Of a DNA stretch of 64,000 bases, positions 54,050 to 64,000 are shown piece by piece. Source of the DNA: Hydrolagus affinis (lineage: Eukaryota); contig JAAILG010000197.1 of assembly GCA_012026655.1 (NCBI GenBank), positions 62,001-126,000 on the forward strand. The letters are read 5' to 3'. The notes beneath the pieces were generated by a model, which worked only from the letters and a program-made list of their open reading frames with translations, searched no databases and was not told the origin of the DNA. The stretch's first letter is position 1. Every line of letters starts with the position of its first letter. The translations under genes were made by a program, and so were the position numbers.

Positions 54050-55900
54050 TAGAAGGATTCGCGTCTCGCTGAGATTTGTCTTGATAAACAAATTAAAAAA
54101 TAGGAAAGGTGGTTTTGGATAAGTTATTGATTAGAGAATGGCAGTTTTGGAATTGATTGATGAGATATCTTTAAAACAATACTCAGTAAGCTGGTAGGTA
54201 AAGTTCAGAGGTTTATTCCACTTAGATTTTAGCTCATAAAACAATTTTGCCTTAAAGTTTAAGATAGTGCAAAATTGTGGAAATGTCTTAATTTCAGTCT
54301 TAACTTGGAAATCAGCTCTTTTCTAAGTAGATTAGATTTTAAATGAAAATTGGAGATAAGAATTTTCCCAAAATTCTGAACAACCTTATAATGTTTCGAC
54401 AAAATGGTCTTATTGTCAAGACTAGATAGAATTTGGAATGTGTCTTGGAAGGGCTTCCCAATTGCTGAAGATAAGAAGGATAATTTGCCATTGTGTTAAG
54501 AGAAGACTGTTTGTGCATTCATATACATTTAACAGAAAACGTTCGGGTGAATGACATCTGTCATTCAGGTTCCCTAAAACTAAACTTAAAAGCTACTATT
54601 TCAAAGCAGATTTACTTAGTGTTAGGAATTCTTCAGGAAGACCCGTGACCATGTGAAAGCTGAGAGGGCGGTAGACAAAATTGGAGCGTGGATCCTTTGT
54701 GACTGAAGCAAACATGGAAGTCATCCAAGATCCAAAGGTGCAGAGCTTAGCAGAATGTTTGGAATCAGCTGTACAAATAAATAGCTGATATGTAGTACCC
54801 CCGTGAGAAGCAGATTGCTGAAAGTATAATTTGATGGCAGCAGAACTGTGACTCTGAGAATTCCCTAATCAAGCACTGTCGAGAGTCAAAATCTGTGTCT
54901 TAGACTTTCTGCCAAGACAAACTCATCAGAGGCCATGGTGTGAGCCAGCTTCCTGAAATCCTGAGGAGATGGAAATGTAACACCCTAAATTCCCATGGCT
55001 GTGTTGAAAAGGAGAAACAATTTACAGCTAAGGCTGCAATTCAACAGGAGGAATAATCAAGTTAGCCAAGAAATAAATGAAATTACCCATATCCTACAGC
55101 CCTCTCTACACTTTCAGTAGGCTTGAAAAGAAAACTGAAAACCTGAAGGTCAACTAAATCCCTTGCGAGTGGGAAAACTCGTGTTAAGAAAGAGCAAGAG
55201 TGGACGTAATCCCAAACATGATAGATGTCTAAAGACTCCTGGAAGTCAAGCTAGCTGCGAAAAGTAACATGCTAGGAGATAATGGTCAAAATGGGACCTG
55301 AAACCTGAGAGCAGACCAATTACTATACCCCCTAAGGATTTTCATTAGATTGGTTAGTTGATCCTACCCTGACTGGGGCGACAGGCAGAAAACTCTCCTT
55401 TGAAAGCGTGTGAATGTTGATAATGTCAAATCTGATCTGGAACGAAGTGAAGAAGCAATCTATCAGCAGGTTCAGTCATGACTAAGAAAACAATGCAAAG
55501 GTGCCAACTTGAGAATTAGTGAGATACTTCTGAAGGAAGCATGCTCTCGAAAGGTGGTAACTAATAGCTGTGTGAAATGTGTGCAGAGCACCTAGTTCTG
55601 CTTAAACTAGCCTTTTTGAAGCTGGAAAGGTGCAACTATCAGGAGAATAAGAGATCAGAGATTCAAAGGCACCCAAGGTTGGAATCATTTTTTGACTGAC
55701 TTGACAAGAAAGCCTATCTGCGATCAGTTTCTTACTGAGTGCAAAATGAACACTTTTGAGAATGTCTGAACTACAAAACACACTCAGCGAGGTTCTTGCC
55801 AAATAAGTGGACAGAGAGGGTTAAGTTCCTTTTAATCATCACACAGTTTAATGTGCATTTGGTCTAAAGTAACATGTGTTTCACCTGAGAGATAATAATT
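54050..55900 (+). mobile_element. Decayed Gypsy-like LTR retrotransposon internal region; boundaries uncertain
   Basis: 54181-54225 reads LSKLVGKV(Q)EVYST across a frameshift, resembling the gag motif LQSxLxGKAQEVYxxL; long purine-rich unique tract. Confidence 0.4.
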
Positions 55901-55960
55901 TTGATGAGGAGGCTGAGAATGACTGAGAAATAAATAGCCTGAGGACATTGTTGCAAATGA

Positions 55961-56830
55961 ACAACAACAAAAATTACATTTTTATAGCTTCCTTAGCGTC
56001 CAGAGGACGTCCCAAGGCTCTGGACAGTCAATGTTTCAGACCCGAGCTGGGGTCGGGATCGGAGAGGGTGGAGCGAAAGGAGGGGATTTGGGGTGACCAA
56101 CGGTACCTTGAACATGAGGGTTTTGAGGTGAGATTTGAAGGAGGCTAGGGAGAGAGGGGGTGAGGCGGAGAGACTGTGGATGGAATTCCATAGGTTGTGG
56201 CAGAGTGGGTAAAAGCTCACCCACTGATGGTGTGGCGGTAGGGTTGGCGGATATGGAGCAGGCCGGAGCCCACTGAATGGAGGGAGTGGGCAGGTTGGTA
56301 GGGGATTAGCAGATGTAGGGTGAAGCAAAATCATGGAGGGCTTTGAAGGTGAGGACCAGGATCTTGAATTGATTCTTCTGGGTGATGGGGAGCCAATGGA
56401 GTCAGCAAGAAAGCGGTAGATGGGGTCACCGAGGCACGGTAGAGGACACAGGCCACAGAGTTCTGGAAGATCTGCAGCCTATGAAGAGAGGAATTGGGAA
56501 GGCCGAAATGCAGGGCATTGGCATAGTCGAGCCTGGATGTGATGAAGACAAGAATGAGAGTTTCAGTGGCCCAATGGGTGTGGTCGTGGTGGAGTCGGGC
56601 AATGTTGTGGAGGTAAGGGAAGGCAGAGTGGATCATAGCTTGGATGTGGGGACGCAAAGACAATTGAGAATTGAACAAGACACCTAGGTTCCTGACTTTG
56701 TGAGGTGGAGTGTGCAATCATGGAGGTTGATGCTACCAGTGCCTGACGTGTAAAGGCGCTGGCGCGAGTCAATCAGGAGAACCTCAGTCTTGTTCACATT
56801 CAACTGTAGAAAGCAAGCTTTCATGAGGAC
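55961..56830 (-). mobile_element. 5'-truncated L2 LINE
   Basis: VRNLGVLFNSQLSL...SAFPYLHNIARL...ETLILVFITSRLDYANAL..LHRLQIFQNS; FKSHLKTLMF; (TTG)n tail. Confidence 0.92.
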
Positions 56831-57598
56831 TGATAGCATTGGTCATGTTTGTGGAGAATGAAAAAATCCATCTTGATCTCCTAAGAAAGGACATCATAAA
56901 AAAGTATGGATGATGGATCAAAAGAGAAATTGTAGGGTCAGATAATAAGATTTAAATGATTATTCCTGTAATGAGTAAATAAAAAGTTGGCATCAGGCAT
57001 AATTATTTGAGCCTTCTTGACTGATTCTGCTAAATGTAGCCACAAGCTTTTTTATTTGACATTCTGCAGTTACAATTACTTTTTAATCCAGAGAGGAGTG
57101 CAAAACGAGCAGAGGTAAATGCTATTTCAGTTAGTCAGTATTAAAATTGTTAATTGATAAGCTGTTTTGGGGGAAAGTTTCATCCAGTCCATTCATTTTG
57201 AGGGCCAATGAGGTCAATAGAAGCAGTGGTTTGCTGAGCAACAGCAATGTTTCTCTTCCATCGTGAATTCAATTGACTGTGAACTTGTTCCTCAGAGATC
57301 TTTGGTTCTGGCTGAATGGTCTTCCTCAAAGTTCTGTCATGTGAGAAACAATAGTGCAGCAATCTCACTCAAGTTCAACGGGTAACATTATACTGGATAC
57401 TATTTAGAGGTGTGCTGCCAAACAAGAATTAAATAAAGAGGAAAATGCAAAGGATATGAAGAACAAGCCAAGCTGAGTCTATTGCATTTGAATACCAATG
57501 TGATTCATTTTGGATACCCATAATATTACCACTCAATCTGCAGTGTATGATTCACTGCAGATGATAAACCTTTGAATCCAACTCCAATGGCTCATAAT

Positions 57599-57814
57599 GG
57601 GAGCTTAATTTGCAAATTGGGTTGAGAACCCATGTGCAAAATTAGCAGGTTGGATGAATGTGCGAATGCATGTGTACAAAGGATGCATTTGATTACCAAT
57701 TAATAAAACTATTGGTGACTCTATAATCCTTTATATTGTTTGTCAACTACATCATTAAAATGTACCCATCAGTTTTGCACATTAATTGCTAACCCAATCC
57801 GCATACTTGTCTCC
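57599..57814. repeat. Imperfect palindrome (ancient MITE-like hairpin)
   Basis: Left TGCAAATTGGGTTG..ATGTGCAAAATT pairs with right AGTTTTGCACAT..TAACCCAATCCGCA; centre TTACCAAT..ATTGGTGA. Confidence 0.55.
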
Positions 57815-58550
57815 AATGTAATACCAACTGTTGTTTGGAGAAAGGCAACACATATTAATGTTGCAATCAAGTATCCCATTACACCCATTTCATGCCAGTA
57901 TATTTCACCCATTTCGTTCCACATGCTGTTTCATATTGTAATGCAAAGGAAACTGTTATAGTGCCTCTCAATATATTATTGCTTTACGTATAGCCACAGG
58001 TACATTGTAAAGCAATGCAGACTGGAAAATGGTACACCCGGCTTCTGGCACTGACTAATTGGTCTCCCACTAAAAATGTCCACTTATAAAGTTCGCAGGT
58101 CATAGTTGATGGTATTTTCTGTACACCGTTCGCTGGGAATGAAAGAAATGTAATTATCTGCATATCGTGTGCATTGACTGTGTGCAAGAAATGATGTTAG
58201 CAACGCTTCCTGAAGATCTGACCAATGCACAGGAAGTGACGCTAGCAGCAGCCTGGTAACCTAGAAGTTGGCATATTTTTTCAACCAATTTATAACTCAG
58301 CATCTAAGAATATTGGACTCAGTCAACTGTGCTACCTTTCTCTATATATCAGAGAAAAATTGGGTTGTGAATAAATTTGCTTGTAAGGAGTTCTGAATTT
58401 ATTTTGAGTTAGATGCTGTAGAAGTGAACTATGAAAATAAAAAATATATTGAAGGATTAAGTGTTGCTGGTCATTGTGAACAACATGCACCAACTTTTTC
58501 TAAATGTATGCGGCTTTTGCTTTGACCATGTTATATTTCTTATTATTTAG

Positions 58551-58698
58551 GAAGGAGAACAAAGAGTGGCAAGAGAAATAACTTCCCATCAACTTAATTC
58601 AGAAAAATACGTTCATACGTTCAAAGATTTGACTAACTTTTCAGGAGCAATTAATGTAACATATCGCTACCTTGCTGGTTTTCCACTACCAAGAAAAA
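58551..58698 (+). CDS. MGAT4C: MGAT4C coding exon 2 (stem region); absent from the ORF track
   Basis: TTATTTAG|GAA; [49 protein letters not shown]; A|GTGAGT; 148 nt, phase 0 to 1. Confidence 0.95.
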
Positions 58699-58812
58699 GT
58701 GAGTTTGATTTTCTTTTGCAACTTCAAGAGTAATCCTTATTGTCTAAAAGTTTCGGAAGCATGCTTTGAATGAAATGTGATTTAGAATTTTCTTCTCTTG
58801 TTTTGTATGCAG

Positions 58813-59966
58813 GATATCTCACAATAGGATTGTCATCTGTGAAAAGGAAAAGAGGGAATTATCTGTTGGAAACTATTAAATCTATTTTTGATCAATCTAG
58901 TTATGAAGAGCTAAACGAAATTGTGGTGGTCATACACTTGGCAGAGTTTGACCTCTTATGGTGCGAAAACATTGTCCAAGGCATCTCCAGAAAATTTGCC
59001 CATCACATCATTTCTGGACGTTTAATGGTTATCCACACTCCTGAGGAGCATTACCCTAGTTTGGATGGCCTCAAAAGAAACTATAATGATCCAGAAGACC
59101 GTGTCAGATTTCGATCCAAACAAAATATAGATTATGCTTTTCTACTTAACTTCTGTGGCAATTTATCAGACTATTATGTCATGCTGGAAGATGATATACG
59201 CTGCTCTAGAAACTTTCTTACTGCTATTAAAAAAGTAGTTACCTCAAGAGAGGGTTCCTATTGGGTAACCCTAGAGTTTTCAAAGTTGGGATACATTGGA
59301 AAACTGTACCACTCTCGTGATCTCTCACGGTTGGGACAATTTTTATTAATGTTTTATCAGGAAATGCCGTGTGACTGGCTCCTAATTCATTTCCAAGGCT
59401 TGCTTGCCCAGAAGGATGTTATACGATTCAAACCTTCACTATTTCAGCATATGGGATACTACTCTTCATTTAGAGGAACGGAAAATAAACTCAAAGATGA
59501 TGATTTCGAAGAGGATTCCTTTGATATTCCCGACAATCCCCCTGCGACTCTTTACACCAACATGAATGTGTTTGAACACTATGACCCTGGTAAAGCATAC
59601 AGCAATGTAGATGAATACTTCTGGGGGAAATCTACTTTGGCTGGGAATTACTTTGCAATTGTGTTTGAGAAACCTGCTAAAATTGACAAACTGAAAATTG
59701 AAACAGGGACAGACGAGAGACAAAGTGACATTTTGCATCATGGAGCATTGGAGGTTGGTCACAATGTGGTGGTGACAAAAAAGGGAAAGCAATGCTCAAG
59801 CTACATACAGTTAGGACAATTTCAACGTGGGAAGATTGAGATTCGGGACATTGGTCAGAAAGTTGAATTTGACATTGACTGTATCCGCATTCTGGTAACC
59901 GAAAGTCAGAAGGAATGGCTAATTATCAGAAGTATTAGTATATGGACCATCCAACAATCAATTTAA
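58813..59966 (+). CDS. MGAT4C: MGAT4C last coding exon (GT54 catalytic domain and C-terminal lectin-like domain)
   Basis: TATGCAG|GA completes Arg; [62 protein letters not shown]; TAA ends at 59966; total CDS 1449 nt. Confidence 0.97.
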
Positions 59967-60285
59967 CACACTGTTGTTCATCTCATACGAATAGATCTAA
60001 AATGTTTTGTAGATGTAAAAACAAACTGAGGCAGCTGTTGAAAAAAATTATGCCATTTATGATGCTACTATAGGTTGGAATGGGATTAATTGAGAGATAG
60101 TTGAAATGGGGCTCTCAAATAGAAAGAAGCACCAAAACGGTTTGCAAGTCAAATGTGATTATAGATCCAAACCATAGTTTATAAGAGGATATGTTCAATG
60201 AAAGATACAGTATTAAGAAAATTAGGTTATTTTGTTTGTAGAAATATGTAGCTTTTGTGAGTTTGAGTAGTCAGACCTCTTTTCT

Positions 60286-60291
60286 AATAAA
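60286..60291 (+). terminator. Candidate proximal polyadenylation signal
   Basis: AATAAA 320 nt after the stop codon. Confidence 0.4.
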
Positions 60292-61000
60292 TGTCGCAGC
60301 ATGTGTCTTAAAGAGCTACATCTTGCTACAATTATTCCACTATTTGGTTCTGGCAAACTTTTGTTTCAATTGGCTAATTTAACACATTTACAAATATAAG
60401 AAAAGCAATTGAATTACATACATTGTGTTATCAGGAGCAGGACATTCACCTAAAATACAGTCACTACACTTTGCATTAAAGTAAAGTGCTTTGAGATGTT
60501 TCAATTACATGATAAGACGCTATATAAATGCAAAGCTTATTATAAATATCCACATTTTCTCCACTGGTTGCATCATAGTATTAACTTACTTTATTCCTTC
60601 CACTTTAAAGTTTTCTTTAAACTTACAAAGCACATCCAATTTCTGAAGTTTAATTGTACAATTAAATATTTGAACAGCCATTTTTTTTTCTACGAGGGGT
60701 TTTATAAAAGGAGCCTGGATGTGACAATGACAATAACTTGTATAGCACACTTCATTACAATTCACAATTAAAAGAAGAAATATGTATGAACATTTTTCAC
60801 TAAATTATTAGGACACTCAATTACATAAAAAATCTCTGAACTCAACAACAAATGTATATTTATATGGCGTCTTTCATGTCAGGAGGTTCCGAACTAATAT
60901 AAATCAGTAATATTGATAACTGACATTTGATCACATACTGGCCCATAAGCCAACCTGTTATATTTATCACTAGCAAATTAAAAAGTTCTGTGGTTCATTC

Positions 61001-61006
61001 AATAAA
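61001..61006 (+). terminator. Candidate distal polyadenylation signal
   Basis: AATAAA followed by T-rich sequence. Confidence 0.4.
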
Positions 61007-62787
61007 CAGATCCATGTCTCAGATATATTCAAAACACAGGACTGTTTTCAATTTAAAAAAAATCTTATTATAGACGTTGAATTTATTTTTTAAAAATCAA
61101 TTGCATAACATTCTGCCTAAAGTGCAAAACTTAAGTTACAAAAGTTTATTGTGGGTAATTTTGTTTTTATCTGGGGGAAATCCTAAAAGCTCAAAAAGAT
61201 GATTGTAATTCTTTGGAATTGTTGAAAATTTAGACTTTCCAAACTTCCCCTATTTTCAATTCACTTTTGCAAATCTTGCAAAAACACACACACACATTCA
61301 TTTTTGGTTTACTCTAAGGCATTTATACAAGTGAAGAAATCTGTGTGCATATTGACTGTGTGACAATTCCTGGTGCTACATGTGTGCGTGCGTTGCATTC
61401 CTGAGAAGGTATTTTAGCATTGTATGTGTTTGTGAATGGTGAGTAGCAATTGCTGTAACGTACCTCTGGCATGAACTTCTGGACAATGTTACAAGTTGTA
61501 CCTTTGCAGTGACAAAGGTGCTACTTGTAACTTTGGCCGGGATTCCAGCATGCCTATATCTGATACCCTTCTGCTCTGGCAAAGGAATGGATACTGCACC
61601 ATTTGTACCATTTATTTCTTAAACTTAAAATGGGTATGGAAAGATGGGCCTGGTTATGGTCATCACCATGGATACAGAGATAATGGCACACTGGGTTTTT
61701 AACACTGAATGAATGAGAAATAAAATGAGGTGAGGATTATTTTACCTTTCTCTGAAAATGACATCCACTATTGTAATTGTTTGTGGAACAACTAAAGATT
61801 TCAGCCATAGAACTGCTCTGGCAAATGGATTCCCTGAAACTGCCATATCCAGTAATCAATGGAAATAATTGGCTATTGTGTAACTTGATAACTTACTATT
61901 TATTTTACTACAAGGATGATACACATTCAAAGTTTACAAATGCCGAGGTACGTATCTGACATTCCGTGGTGACAACCTGGCTGCAGTTTGAAAACCTCAA
62001 TTTACCCTTTTTGGAAGAAAACATTTTTCTTCCAAAATTATTTTTGTTGGTGGGGAAAGGTTTGGCACCTGCTGATAGCACAAAAAAACTAATGTCACGT
62101 GAGCGCAGTGATCTCCTTCCTTTCCAATGCCTGAATGGCTGATGCAAGACTTGGAAGCATTGCTGATCTGCATGCCAGTGTAGATGCAGCCAACATAAGA
62201 CGATCAGTTTACTTTTTGCCCACTTGACTGGTCTAGTTAAATAGAATAGGGAAGTACATCTTATTTCCTATTTTCATGCAAATAATCTCTTTTCTTGTAA
62301 GGAAGTTAGCAAAGTATTCAACATTGCAATGCACATATGGATGTAAGGGCAATTTTGGATTTGAAATACTTGGGGGCTTGGACTCTACATTCAATCTTCC
62401 CAGCTATTTATCAAATGGACACGATTAATGATTCACTTGGTTACTCCTACGGACCATGCACAACAAAGTACCTACAATTTTACACCATCATACAACTTAA
62501 TTTCACCACGCAAATAGCACCAGTGCCTGTAAAGGGGAAATTAGGCCCTAAAAAGCTGTGCTTATTTCTGTTTTGTAACAATATATTATTTATCTGTTGA
62601 AAATTTGTAATTTAGTTTGTATTGTCCAGCCCAGTGATTTATTGTAACATTCATGGATGTGTTTTTCTTGAAATTTTGTAAGATGTAAAATTGTTTTTTG
62701 CACTTTGTTCAGTGATCGGGTTGCGAAGTGTTTTCAATCTTAAAAATGTTTCACTGCACTTTCTTTTTCAAATCTCTGTCTTGAAAT

Positions 62788-63010
62788 AAGAACATATAAG
62801 AACATAAAAATTTGCTGAGCAAAAGAAAACCAAGATCCATCTAGTTTGCCTTCCACCATCTTGGTAGTCGCTTGACATGTTGTGTCCCAAACTATACTGT
62901 ATCCCAAGACATTATTTTTCAGCAGTAATCTATCTAATTTGTTCTTTAAACAGTTGACACTCTCTGCTTCTACTGTCTCCCACTCCATAGGGATCCTGTT
63001 CCATAAGTTT
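62788..63010 (-). mobile_element. CR1 LINE 3' end
   Basis: Minus frame ETVEAESVNCLKNKLDRLL; AAGAACAT(A)-type tail repeats at the left end. Confidence 0.75.
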
Positions 63011-63068
63011 ACTCACTCACTCACTCACTCACTCACTCACTCACTCACTCACTCACTCACTCACTCAC
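63011..63068. repeat. (ACTC)n microsatellite
   Basis: About 14 units. Confidence 0.98.
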
Positions 63069-63600
63069 GTAAAACAACATTGTATTTTCCTGTATAGTCG
63101 ACAGAAGAATCATTGAGCACATCATGTTTAGGTAATGACAACAACAACGACAACAAAACAAAAACCAACAACAAAAACAAAATGACATTTGTCCAGCGCC
63201 TTTCACGTCAGGAGGACGTCCCAAGTACTGAACTTAGAACCCTGAGCACACTCTCCCAACATGTCAAACGCCAGCGTAGGCAAAGGAGGTGGAGACAGTC
63301 ACAGTCACGTAACCAACACCTTAAAGAGCATTGAAGATGGGACACACTATGAATTGCATCTGAGACACAACTCAACTCAACTCATCTCAACCCAACTCAA
63401 CCTTCCCAAGGTCCTATCCGCTCAGTGACCTTGGCTCTCTTCGCAGGGCGGGTAGTGTAATAGTAATTGCACTCTATGCCAGGACCGAGAGTCTATGCGA
63501 CGCTCAGTACACAGGCTGGGACCTACACGCCGTCTGATCGTATCTACGTTGCCGGTGAGGAGGCCATGGAGGGGAAATGGTGGAAGCCAAATCCCTTCGC

Positions 63601-63602
<2 letters not shown>

Positions 63603-63632
<30 letters not shown>
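63603..63632. repeat. (GA)n microsatellite
   Basis: Direct reading. Confidence 0.98.
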
Positions 63633-63635
<3 letters not shown>

Positions 63636-63712
63636 AAAAAGTCTATTTATTTATTTAGTTCGAATTGTTTTGCAAAGAAGGTTGCTGTAAGGTTCTGCAG
63701 GTTTCCAACACG

Positions 63713-63759
63713 CTCAGGGTGAGAAACTCCCTCAGGGTGAGAAACTCCCTCAGGGTGAG
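63713..63759. repeat. 18-bp tandem repeat, ~2.6 copies
   Basis: CTCAGGGTGAGAAACTCC twice plus CTCAGGGTGAG. Confidence 0.95.
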
Positions 63760-63899
63760 CTCTGTTCATTTACAGCATTAGTGTCTTGCGAGTTGTCTCC
63801 ACCAGCGAAGAGAGATTCATTAATTAAAGTGCGACAGACGATCACCGCAACGTATTAACTTTATCTTCATCGCAAAAGGAGCGAAATCTGGGTCAACGC

Positions 63900-63901
<2 letters not shown>

Positions 63902-63931
<30 letters not shown>
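63902..63931. repeat. (GT)n microsatellite
   Basis: Direct reading. Confidence 0.98.
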
Positions 63932-63935
<4 letters not shown>

Positions 63936-64000
63936 CTCCCCCGCTGCGCTCTAACCCCCACAGCCCCGGCACTCGCTACACACTGAGTAATGTTCAAAGC

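Noticed and set aside
58770-58812. ORF-track start of the 398-aa ORF ([15 protein letters not shown])
   Set aside because: Lies in the intron; homology and the splice acceptor begin at 58813
63713-63759. Short direct repeats as a CRISPR-like array (also 8657-8704)
   Set aside because: Fewer than three full copies, no spacers of CRISPR size, no cas genes, vertebrate context
61000-64000. Neurotensin (NTS) last exon, expected from mammalian synteny as I recall it
   Set aside because: No PYIL-type motif noticed on either strand within the window

Overview
Vertebrate nuclear DNA. The repeat content (DeuSINE-type SINEs, L2 and CR1 LINEs) points to a cartilaginous fish, possibly a holocephalan; this is inference. 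The only protein-coding gene I can support is MGAT4C (GT54 family N-acetylglucosaminyltransferase IV-C) on the + strand. It has three coding exons (52269-52415, 58551-58698, 58813-59966; 482 aa) with canonical GT-AG junctions. The first ~52 kb is probably its long 5' intronic or upstream region and contains candidate 5' exons. The remainder is L2, CR1 and RTE-like relics, two related tRNA-headed SINE types, several Tc1/mariner-superfamily MITEs, a decayed Gypsy-like gag, microsatellites and one 100-N gap. I found no prokaryotic-type system, CRISPR array or RNA gene. The most unusual signals are: (1) a Tigger-type MITE carrying a promoter-like motif cluster, a first-exon-like stretch and a splice donor antisense to MGAT4C; (2) a candidate upstream exon that would extend the MGAT4C N-terminus in frame; (3) a Tc2-type MITE splitting a SINE; (4) three parallel L2-type 3' tail families. 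Repeat boundaries are read by eye and are approximate unless TIRs are given.
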